Made by a program: the position numbers and the translations under genes. Shown here piece after piece: positions 30,109-38,186 of a stretch of DNA of 64,000 nucleotides (the stretch's first letter is position 1; each line of letters opens with the position of its first letter). Under the pieces are notes generated by a model. That model worked only from the letters and a program-made list of their open reading frames with translations. It was not told the DNA's origin and made no database searches. The DNA comes from a virus (Duplodnaviria > Caudoviricetes): IMG/VR virus record IMGVR_UViG_3300033076_000117, positions 204-64,203 of that record. The stretch is one strand, 5' to 3'.

Positions 30109-30354
30109 ATGGAACACCCTTTTGTAACTGGATTGTCTGAAAAGTCTTTAGAAGAACTTCAGACAACCATGTCTAATCTAACCACTAAACTGCATTTTGC
30201 ATATAGAATGCAGAACGGTCCAATGATTCACCAACTTACTATGGTACTTGAAAACTACAAGAACGAGTACAATAAGAAAATGGATGAAATGATTAAAAAG
30301 CAAAATATTCAAGGAGCCATCAAAGTACGCAAAGAGGGCGAAATTGATAGCTAG
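30109..30354 (+). CDS. Hypothetical helical protein
   Basis: Leaderless late gene, ATAAATA 6 nt upstream. Confidence 0.6.
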   Translation: MEHPFVTGLSEKSLEELQTTMSNLTTKLHFAYRMQNGPMIHQLTMVLENYKNEYNKKMDEMIKKQNIQGAIKVRKEGEIDS

Positions 30355-30943
30355 AATTAGACGTAATTTTGATTTTTTAGCAAGTATATACCACGAGAAT
30401 GAAACCCGTGTCGTATCGGTAAATATGTTGGCATATTTTGACTTGTACGATATAAACCCAGACGACCAATTAATCGCACTAGAACGCATCAAGTTCATAG
30501 TTTCAGATTGTCTTGAAAATTCTGTATTCATTGAGGACTCTGAGAAGAAAGCGATTGACCAGTTTCGTGCATTAGGTATAAGAACTTGCACACTGCCAGA
30601 AGAACCTTATGACCAGATTATTGCGTTAGCAATCTTTAACAAGATAAACGCAGTTACTGAAGGTAAAATGGTTCTAACAAATCTTATCTTCAAAGCAAGT
30701 GGAAGCGATGAAGTTGAATATTGTTTTGATAACGAAGAAGAACATCAGTTGTTCATGTCCAAAACTGATTGGTGGAACGAGTCCAGCACACGCATAGACA
30801 ATCATAAACCAAATAAAAAGGAAAAGATTGTTAATATCAAAAAAGCTAAAACAGATTGGGCAGAGGTAGAACTATGCTGGTCTACACCACATAAGCCTGA
30901 AACATCAGAAATTATTTTCACATTAGAAACCGAAAAGAGTTGA
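30344..30943 (+). CDS. Hypothetical protein
   Basis: TTG start with GAGGG upstream; 199 aa ORF filling the gap. Confidence 0.55.
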   Translation: MIARIRRNFDFLASIYHENETRVVSVNMLAYFDLYDINPDDQLIALERIKFIVSDCLENSVFIEDSEKKAIDQFRALGIRTCTLPEEPYDQIIALAIFNKINAVTEGKMVLTNLIFKASGSDEVEYCFDNEEEHQLFMSKTDWWNESSTRIDNHKPNKKEKIVNIKKAKTDWAEVELCWSTPHKPETSEIIFTLETEKS

Positions 30944-30969
30944 TTTTTACTCAACTTATGTAGTATACT
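30940..30969 (+). promoter_or_regulatory. sigma70-like promoter
   Basis: TTGATT, 18 nt, TATACT; ATG 6 nt downstream. Confidence 0.55.
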
Positions 30970-30975
30970 CATTAA

Positions 30976-31482
30976 ATGAGAACTGACGTTTACGGTCAAC
31001 AGATTTATGACGAGATGGAATTATGCTTGCTGTACTTGCAAGATCCAACTCGCATAATGAAAAAGGTTTTGGTGAACAATCCCAGCAAGTTTGATGAAGT
31101 ACTAGAACTTGAAAACAAACCTGAACTAATTAAATATGAACCATTTAATTGCTCTGTTAAAGAATTTGACAAGGCAATGCAATCGGTTTGGTTAATGCCT
31201 GAAAAATATTATGACTTTGACGTTGCCCAATACGTGTTAGACCAATGTAGGTCAGATGCAGAACTACAACGTGCGGGTCAAGAACTTCTCATGTTCCAAG
31301 AACGAGGTATGTTTACACTATTGCAATATCTAAAATATTTGGTAGATACAATGCGTGAAAATAACATACTTTGGGGAGTGGGTCGTGGATCAAGTGTAGC
31401 AAGTTTTGTATTGTTTTTGCTGGGAGTACACAAAATAAATAGTTTATATTATGACTTGTCAATAGACGAGTTTTTGAAATAA
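30976..31482 (+). CDS. Stand-alone fragment of DNA polymerase III alpha subunit (DnaE-like)
   Basis: R...EL, LVDTMRENNILWGVGRGSSVASFVLFLLGV...SI.EFL; ends before the catalytic PDIDxD motif. Confidence 0.75.
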   Translation: MRTDVYGQQIYDEMELCLLYLQDPTRIMKKVLVNNPSKFDEVLELENKPELIKYEPFNCSVKEFDKAMQSVWLMPEKYYDFDVAQYVLDQCRSDAELQRAGQELLMFQERGMFTLLQYLKYLVDTMRENNILWGVGRGSSVASFVLFLLGVHKINSLYYDLSIDEFLK

Positions 31483-31492
31483 GGAGAAAATT

Positions 31493-31837
31493 ATGGCAAA
31501 TTATCGTTCAGCAATGGGAAAAACAGTTGATATGGATGCGTTAGCCGCAAAGAATGAGCATGTTCGTGCAGTAGGGAACATGAGTGTAAACGCACGTGGT
31601 GATACCATCGATAGTTATGGTAGAGTTATTAAGCCTGTAAATGAAAAGGTCACTCAGTCATATGCAAAGACTGTGGGCAATAAGACTGCACAAGCACAAC
31701 GACCAGCGACCCCTGCAAAAACTCAACCACCTAAACCACAAATCAAAGAAGAATTGACCGAAGCTGAGAAAGATTTGGAAGATTCATTTGATGATGATTT
31801 AGAAGTTGAAGCAATCAAAGCAAAAGAAGGAAAGTAA
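31493..31837 (+). CDS. Hypothetical protein
   Basis: SD AAGGAG; YRSA.GK.VDM..L, AVGNM.VNARGD motif. Confidence 0.65.
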   Translation: MANYRSAMGKTVDMDALAAKNEHVRAVGNMSVNARGDTIDSYGRVIKPVNEKVTQSYAKTVGNKTAQAQRPATPAKTQPPKPQIKEELTEAEKDLEDSFDDDLEVEAIKAKEGK

Positions 31838-32214
31838 TGAGCGAGTATAGTAAACCAGCATTTAGCCCTACAAAAGTAGAAAAACTAAAGTTCATGCACG
31901 ACAACATTGTTGTTTCGGACATGCACTTTGATGAACGTATCAGTAAAGGTGGTATCGTTCTATTGGACGATGACAAGAAAAGTTCTGGTATTCGTCCACG
32001 TTGGGCAAAGATTTATGGTTTGGGTCCTGATGTGAAGGACCCAGAATTACAAATTGGTAAGTACATTCTTATCAGTCACGGCCGTTGGACACGTGGTATC
32101 ACAGTTGAAACACCAGAGGGCAAAGTCACGTTGCGTAAAGTAGATCCTAATGATATACTACTGATATCGGATGAGCCGATGCAAGACGAAACAATGAGTG
32201 ATAAGGTATACTAA
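31837..32214 (+). CDS. groES: GroES-like co-chaperonin
   Basis: ERISKGGIVL mobile loop, A.I..LGP, G.YIL, L..V...DILL. Confidence 0.75.
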   Translation: MSEYSKPAFSPTKVEKLKFMHDNIVVSDMHFDERISKGGIVLLDDDKKSSGIRPRWAKIYGLGPDVKDPELQIGKYILISHGRWTRGITVETPEGKVTLRKVDPNDILLISDEPMQDETMSDKVY

Positions 32215-32540
32215 TGATTAAATGGTTTTATAGATGGTTGGGTAACAAGATTAACCAAGCAAATTCAGTTGAAGAAGCAGAGCCTTCAGGCTTGATAATT
32301 GGCAATACTAATCGCCCAAAGCCTGTGCGCCGATCAGTTGCAGTCAGAGAAAGTGATGACCTCAGTACAGAGCCAATCACTTTCAAAATGTTCAAAGCTA
32401 GCGGTGGTTGGGCAATTGAATTTAGACAATATGATAACAGAAATGATAGAGTAGATACTAATCTGTATGTTGTCAATGACGAACAAGAACTTGGCAAGCA
32501 TATCTCACAAATCATTACTATGGAAGCATTGAAGCGATGA
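32214..32540 (+). CDS. Hypothetical protein
   Basis: Translationally coupled ORF. Confidence 0.55.
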   Translation: MIKWFYRWLGNKINQANSVEEAEPSGLIIGNTNRPKPVRRSVAVRESDDLSTEPITFKMFKASGGWAIEFRQYDNRNDRVDTNLYVVNDEQELGKHISQIITMEALKR

Positions 32541-33463
32541 AGAATCAATTATGGGTTGAAAAGTATCGCCCTAAAACAGTAGAAGAATATGTATTCACTG
32601 ACGAGCGCCTGAAACAGCAAGTAACAGGTTGGGTCAAAGAAGAAATGATCCCGCACTTGTTGTTTAGTGGTGATCCTGGTACTGGCAAGACAACTCTTGC
32701 TAAAGTATTGATTCATGACCTGGGCATTGAAGAATACGATGTGTTGCAAATCAATGCATCACGTGAACGTCAGATTGACTTAGTTCGTGACCGTCTAATG
32801 TCATTTGCTCAAACTATGCCTTTTGGTAAGTTCAAAGTTGTATTGCTGGATGAAGCCGATTCATTGCCTCATTTGACACAAGCCGCACTACGTACTGATA
32901 TGGAAACATATTCAACGTCTGTACGTTTCATCTTGACTTGTAACTATCCAGAGAAAATTATCCCTGCGATTCGTGAGAGTCGTTGTCATCACGTTCATAT
33001 CAGCAAACCTGATAAGACTGAGTTCACTGCAAGAGCCGCGACAGTATTGGTTACTGAAGGTGTTGAGTTTGATTTGGATACACTAGACAGTTATGTTCGT
33101 GCATCTTATCCAGACTTGCGTAAATGTTTGAATCAACTGCAAGTCAATAGCACAACTGGCAAGCTAATTCCCGCACAAACTATGGGTTCCAGCGAGAATG
33201 AACTATTGCTTGAAGCTACTAACTTATTCAAAGCTGGTAAGATATTAGAAGGCAGACAGCAACTGATGCAGTATATCGCACTCTATCCTACAAAGATTGA
33301 GGATGTGTATCGTTGGATGTATGACAATTTAGACTTGTGGGGCAACTCACAAGAAAAGAAAGATGCGAGTATCATTACTATTCGCAATGGCCTAGCAAAT
33401 CTGACATTAGTTGGAATTCCTGAAATCAGTATGGCCGCAACACTAGTGGAGTTAACAAGTTGA
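32537..33463 (+). CDS. Clamp loader AAA+ subunit (T4 gp44 / RFC-like)
   Basis: LWVEKYRP, Walker A GDPGTGKT, INAS, Walker B LLDEAD, SRC, DLRK. Confidence 0.92.
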   Translation: MKNQLWVEKYRPKTVEEYVFTDERLKQQVTGWVKEEMIPHLLFSGDPGTGKTTLAKVLIHDLGIEEYDVLQINASRERQIDLVRDRLMSFAQTMPFGKFKVVLLDEADSLPHLTQAALRTDMETYSTSVRFILTCNYPEKIIPAIRESRCHHVHISKPDKTEFTARAATVLVTEGVEFDLDTLDSYVRASYPDLRKCLNQLQVNSTTGKLIPAQTMGSSENELLLEATNLFKAGKILEGRQQLMQYIALYPTKIEDVYRWMYDNLDLWGNSQEKKDASIITIRNGLANLTLVGIPEISMAATLVELTS

Positions 33464-33738
33464 GATATCTATTAATTACGTTTTTACGAAAGCCTGGCGG
33501 TCAAATTGATGAACAAGTAGCAGTAGCTAAGAAAGTAAAGCCAGCAGATTTACAGACATGTAACGTTATCATTGACTATGCTGATAAGAAGGTTACTAAG
33601 TGTGTTATTGAAGGCAAAGTAGTTGACACATCTTTTGAAAAGATGCATGAGTATTATACTCAAGTCTATCCTAATTTGATTACTCAACTAGAAAAAGAAG
33701 CACAGATTACAAAACAAGAAAAACCTAATGCAGTTTGA
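33460..33738 (+). CDS. Hypothetical protein
   Basis: TTG start coupled to the clamp-loader stop. Confidence 0.6.
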   Translation: MRYLLITFLRKPGGQIDEQVAVAKKVKPADLQTCNVIIDYADKKVTKCVIEGKVVDTSFEKMHEYYTQVYPNLITQLEKEAQITKQEKPNAV

Positions 33739-34627
33739 AATAAACTTCACGAATGGGTTGAGTTTACTTTATCAATTAGAAGATTCGCCCATTGCAAAAC
33801 AATGGGCTGACCTTATTGTACAGCGTAATGTTACTGAATGCTGTAAAATAAATCATTTTATGGGTTGGAAAACTCCTGAAATGATACAAGAAAAAATCAA
33901 TAGGTTATATGAACTAGCAGATTACATTAATACGTTTGCTCCAGAGAAAGTCATAAAACATGAAATAAATGACGATACATGGAGAAAAGCATTACAGATT
34001 ATGCATGTTCATTTCCCTGAAATGAAAAATGATCCTAAGTATATGGGAGCATGGCCAAGTCTAACTGAATACAACGATATAATTCACTGGCTAGAATCTA
34101 TTTTTATCAAAGGTAACACAGATTCAGGTCTGCTTAGACTAACATTAGACTTTAACAAAACCATATTTGAATTCTACCCACTACCTGATTCAGCGTTTGA
34201 ACACTATACACCTTTCTTTGATTTTGGAAGTCTTTGTTTACATTACACACATGTGGGTCGGCATGCATACGAATTGTTCTCTGTAAACGATTTTGAAACT
34301 CCAAAAGAACAATTTGTACCACAAAGAACCTTCAATGCTTCAACCAGGTTGTCATTTTTTGATAATTTTTATAGCACTAAACAAAAACAAGACTTATTGA
34401 TGGCTCGATGGAATAAATTCTATATTGATAGGGGAGGAAAAGAGTTTTGGGGAATAGATATCAATGATCCAAAAATAGCATTTGGATATTGTAAACTTGG
34501 TCAACTAATTGACATAAAAGAAAACAGTGTTTCGTTGAGTATACCAACTACACCAAGTGAATTGCATGATTTTAGGTCTAAACTTATACAGACCAAAGTA
34601 ATTGATTGGAATATAAAAGGGGCTTAA
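33728..34627 (+). CDS. Hypothetical protein
   Basis: 299 aa ORF ending in the terminator. Confidence 0.6.
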   Translation: MQFEINFTNGLSLLYQLEDSPIAKQWADLIVQRNVTECCKINHFMGWKTPEMIQEKINRLYELADYINTFAPEKVIKHEINDDTWRKALQIMHVHFPEMKNDPKYMGAWPSLTEYNDIIHWLESIFIKGNTDSGLLRLTLDFNKTIFEFYPLPDSAFEHYTPFFDFGSLCLHYTHVGRHAYELFSVNDFETPKEQFVPQRTFNASTRLSFFDNFYSTKQKQDLLMARWNKFYIDRGGKEFWGIDINDPKIAFGYCKLGQLIDIKENSVSLSIPTTPSELHDFRSKLIQTKVIDWNIKGA

Positions 34628-34639
34628 AGCCCCTTTTTT
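34615..34639. terminator. Bidirectional terminator
   Basis: AAAAGGGGC-TTAAA-GCCCCTTTTTT between convergent genes. Confidence 0.85.
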
Positions 34640-35420
34640 ATGCATACATCTTTAAGATGTGTTCAATGATACGATGACGTTGAATGTCTTTCATATCGAA
34701 CTTGCAAGACGCCATGCCTGGAATCACCCCCTTTCCACCATCTAGCTTACTTAGTAAGTCTAGGAGCCCATTCTCAGGCGTGCGTCTATCTGTCTGTTCT
34801 ACGTCACCAGTGATGACAATCTTGCTACCGATTCCGATGCGTGTCATAATCATTTTTAACTGGCTTGGAGTAGCGTTTTGAGCTTCATCAAGCACAATCC
34901 AACTATTCTTAAAGTTGCGACCTCTACAGAATGCTAACGGTGCAATTTCAATAATTTGCTCCTCTAACATGTCTGCGATTTCCTTAGTTGAATAATACTC
35001 TCGTAATACATCTAACAATGGTCTAGTCCAAGGTTCCATCTTTTGATTGATATCACCTGGTAAGAACCCATGTTTTTCATCATCGACACCGACTGCAGGT
35101 CTAGTTAAAATGATCCTGTCGCACTCACCGTTTCGCATTGCTTTGATAGCGGCTTGCATGGCTAGATACGTTTTCCCTGTCCCTGCTGGTCCCGAAACCA
35201 CGACTATATCTGTCTTCTCGTCAAGTAGTGCTAAAATATATTTTTCTTGATTAATGGATTTGGGGATGAGTTCTACGGGTTTGCGTACTCTTGGCTTCTG
35301 AGTTACTTGTGTGAAATCGATTGTCTTTGATTCATTCGTGTAGAATGTTTTACCTTCTTTTTTACTGTGTGAAAAACGTGTGTCTGTTGTACGTAATGCG
35401 CTAGTTTTTCTTTTGCTCAA
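34638..35420 (-). CDS. phoH: PhoH-family ATPase
   Basis: GPAGTGKTYLA, LTRPAV, GFLPGD, IEIAPLAF.RGR, DEAQN, GD..Q.D; TTG start with AGGAGA SD. Confidence 0.93.
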   Translation of the reverse strand: MSKRKTSALRTTDTRFSHSKKEGKTFYTNESKTIDFTQVTQKPRVRKPVELIPKSINQEKYILALLDEKTDIVVVSGPAGTGKTYLAMQAAIKAMRNGECDRIILTRPAVGVDDEKHGFLPGDINQKMEPWTRPLLDVLREYYSTKEIADMLEEQIIEIAPLAFCRGRNFKNSWIVLDEAQNATPSQLKMIMTRIGIGSKIVITGDVEQTDRRTPENGLLDLLSKLDGGKGVIPGMASCKFDMKDIQRHRIIEHILKMYA

Positions 35421-35589
35421 AATACTTCTCCTTTGTAAGAGCATGAGTTCTCATAACACTCAAGTTTATTTAAGGTCAATAAAACCACATATAGTAGCAT
35501 ACTTTTAACACAATCTTTTAGTATAAATATTAGGCTAACCCCGGAACTTTTCAAAAGTTGTATTCAATCAGAAAAAGATAAATACAACT

Positions 35590-36207
35590 ATGATTAAAAC
35601 TGCCGACAAATTCTTTGACGATGTTGATTACGTCAGCATTATAGACACTATCAAGGGTATCTTTACCAGTGATGGTTCAATGGCTGTCCTACTTGACTTT
35701 GAGCGAGTATTGGACGAGGCTGATCTTTATGCCTACAAAAACTGGGAACTAGGTGAATTAGTTCAAGGTCCAGTTGTAAAGCGATATACAGTAGGTTGCA
35801 TGTTCATGTGGCCATACAAACTTATGCCCGATCCACGTGGATCTAAGCGTCTACTAAGTCTAGGTTGCGACCTACAGTGGAAAAAGACAAAGATTCGTGT
35901 CCCTGTAGAAGTTGAAGATTATGATGACTTCCAACCTGGTACTCGATATCCTAAAATGAAAGAGCGTGAGATTTGGTTAGTATACATTGAAATGCCTAAA
36001 GATTTAATGGATGATATCCGTGAAGGTTCTGTTGACTTGGCAGGACAAGAAGTTGACTTAAATGACCTAGATGAGGCATATGATGATGATTTAGAGTCAG
36101 AAGATCAGGATGGTTCTGAGGAGGGCGGTGACACTCAGCAACAAACTCCTGAAATGGGCGGTAACATGGAAGATTCTAATATGCCTCCACCACAGGGGAC
36201 AATGTAA
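35590..36207 (+). CDS. Conserved hypothetical late protein
   Basis: Exact TATAAATA at 35522-35529 and ATAAATA at 35578-35584; leaderless. Confidence 0.65.
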   Translation: MIKTADKFFDDVDYVSIIDTIKGIFTSDGSMAVLLDFERVLDEADLYAYKNWELGELVQGPVVKRYTVGCMFMWPYKLMPDPRGSKRLLSLGCDLQWKKTKIRVPVEVEDYDDFQPGTRYPKMKEREIWLVYIEMPKDLMDDIREGSVDLAGQEVDLNDLDEAYDDDLESEDQDGSEEGGDTQQQTPEMGGNMEDSNMPPPQGTM

Positions 36208-36749
36208 TGAACATCCTAAATGAAGGTCTTAATTACCATGACTTAGAAGGTATCGTTGACCCTAAGGTAAGTGTTGATGAATACTCTGCACAGATGGGCA
36301 AAGACAGCGATATCGTTACTGTAGCATTTACAGTTAGTAATAAGCAAGCAGGTGAAGATTTAAGTGACTGGTTTGAGCGTGGTTATGACTGGGTGTTAGA
36401 TGCACAAGTTAGTGATGGTGAAGTTAGTCCAGGCAAGTATCTAGTGTTCGTTGAATTCTATCGTAGAAACTCTGTGCCAGCTAAAATCATTGAAATGTTA
36501 GATGATTTGAAAACTCTAACCGATAGAGATACTAGCGAATACAAAATCAAAGTTGATGGTAAATTGTATTCAGCAAAAGAAGAATTACTAAAAGAAGTTA
36601 TCGTTACTTCTCCACATCAATACAAAGTTGAAGTCGAAGAAGAAGATGAATTGAATGAGATGCGTACTGTTGCAGGACTAGATACTGTAAAGTTGCATGA
36701 AAAACAAGACGAAGATATAAGAGCATTAAAATCGATAGCGGGGTTATAA
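36207..36749 (+). CDS. Putative head-associated protein
   Basis: N-terminus MNILNE|G; C-terminal LNEMR..AGL motif like that of 19869 (WKALAGI). Confidence 0.5.
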   Translation: MNILNEGLNYHDLEGIVDPKVSVDEYSAQMGKDSDIVTVAFTVSNKQAGEDLSDWFERGYDWVLDAQVSDGEVSPGKYLVFVEFYRRNSVPAKIIEMLDDLKTLTDRDTSEYKIKVDGKLYSAKEELLKEVIVTSPHQYKVEVEEEDELNEMRTVAGLDTVKLHEKQDEDIRALKSIAGL

Positions 36750-36750
36750 A

Positions 36751-37341
36751 ATGCCACAAACATTACTAGCAAGAAAATCAGGACCACAAGATAATGCAAT
36801 TGCAACCGATGATGACCATCACGAAGCATTAGCAAGTGATCCACAAGTATCTGCTTTCCCTCAGGGAAGTGCATTTGGGAGTACAAATGGATTCGGGAAT
36901 ACAACGAATGGCGCAACAGCATTTGGCGCGCCGAGCACAGGCGGATTCGGAGCATCTAATAGCTTTGGATCACCAACAGCAACAACAGGGTTCGGACAAT
37001 CCGGAGCGATGGCTCAACAACCCCAACAAAATCTCACAGCCGCGGGTAGTAATGCCGCGCAGGGAGCAGATGTATTAGTAGCTAACGATAATACAGATTG
37101 GATCAACAAGAAATGGCGTCCTGCAATGGGATGGGTTTACATGGCAACATGTACAGCAGACTTTGTTATTTTCCCAGTTCTTTGGTCTGTATTACAAGCA
37201 CTAAGCAAAGGTAACGTTACAAGTCAATGGCAACCATTGACATTACAAGGTGCAGGATTGTATCACATTGCAATGGGTGCAGTTCTAGGTATCGCCGCGT
37301 ATGGCCGTACAAAAGAGAAGATTGAAGGCGCCGCCAAATAA
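36751..37341 (+). CDS. 3TM-holin-like membrane protein with FG-rich disordered N-terminus
   Basis: WRPAMGWVY motif and two to three hydrophobic segments; six xFG repeats at aa ~41-82. Confidence 0.6.
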   Translation: MPQTLLARKSGPQDNAIATDDDHHEALASDPQVSAFPQGSAFGSTNGFGNTTNGATAFGAPSTGGFGASNSFGSPTATTGFGQSGAMAQQPQQNLTAAGSNAAQGADVLVANDNTDWINKKWRPAMGWVYMATCTADFVIFPVLWSVLQALSKGNVTSQWQPLTLQGAGLYHIAMGAVLGIAAYGRTKEKIEGAAK

Positions 37342-37344
37342 TTG

Positions 37345-37373
37345 TTGACACAGAATTAGTTCTGTGTTATACT
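37345..37373 (+). promoter_or_regulatory. sigma70 promoter with palindromic spacer
   Basis: TTGACA, 17 nt, TATACT; ACACAGAA-TTAG-TTCTGTGT (37348-37367). Confidence 0.8.
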
Positions 37374-37379
37374 CAATGA

Positions 37380-38174
37380 ATGGACCATTACCAAACACTG
37401 GGTGTAGCTAAAACGGCTACCCCAGACGAAATCAAAAAAGCATATCGCAAATTGGCAAGCCAACATCACCCAGACAAGGGTGGCGATACCGCTACATTTC
37501 AGAAAATCCAAACAGCATACGATACATTGTCTGATCCACAAAAGCGTCAGCAATATGACAATCCCATGCCACAAGGAAGTCCATTTCATGGATTTAGTGG
37601 CAATGATGGGTTCAATGCATTTAACGGATTCAACTTTGATGAAATATTTGGGCAAGTCTTTAGACAACACTCACAGAGACAGCCTCAAGCATTTAGAACA
37701 TCCCTTGTAATCTCATTACAACAAAGTTATAATGGTGACCAAATGCCATTAAGACTTCAAACACCCACAGGAACGCATGTAGTCAATATCGATATTCCCA
37801 AAGGTGTAGAATCTGGCTCACAACTTAGGTTCGATAATCTTATTCCTGGATCAGGATTGATTGTTGAATTTAGAGTTCAATCAGATTTAAAATTTGAGCG
37901 CAGGGGACACGATTTATATTGTAATCAGCAAGTATCAGTTTTTGATTTAGTTGTAGGAGGAAGTTTCGAATTTACAACTATCTCAGGCAAGACACTAGAA
38001 GTAAGAATTCCACCAAAGACACAACCATTTATGCACCTAAAGATTGGTGGAGAGGGTATGCCCATTTATAATAGTGGTCAATACGGAGACCAAATTATCT
38101 TGCTAAAACCATACATACCTGATAATATTGACACTGAAATAGTAGATGCTATTTTGCGTTCCAAATCTAAGTAA
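37380..38174 (+). CDS. dnaJ: DnaJ/CbpA-type J-domain co-chaperone (no zinc finger)
   Basis: [28 protein letters not shown] linker, C-terminal FERRGHDLY domain. Confidence 0.92.
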   Translation: MDHYQTLGVAKTATPDEIKKAYRKLASQHHPDKGGDTATFQKIQTAYDTLSDPQKRQQYDNPMPQGSPFHGFSGNDGFNAFNGFNFDEIFGQVFRQHSQRQPQAFRTSLVISLQQSYNGDQMPLRLQTPTGTHVVNIDIPKGVESGSQLRFDNLIPGSGLIVEFRVQSDLKFERRGHDLYCNQQVSVFDLVVGGSFEFTTISGKTLEVRIPPKTQPFMHLKIGGEGMPIYNSGQYGDQIILLKPYIPDNIDTEIVDAILRSKSK

Positions 38175-38186
38175 CTAAAGGAAATT

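Noticed and set aside
30340-30366. Possible stop-codon reassignment (TAG is rarely used as a stop)
   Set aside because: Coding density is high under the standard code, core genes are uninterrupted, and TAG ends the 30109 ORF normally.
30344-30943. Possible T-fold (QueD/FolE-like) assignment
   Set aside because: No His triad or other diagnostic motif; cannot be supported without profile searches.
37345-37373. CIRCE/HrcA operator or sigma32 promoter before dnaJ
   Set aside because: Sequence does not match TTAGCACTC-N9-GAGTGCTAA or CTTGAA/CCCCAT.
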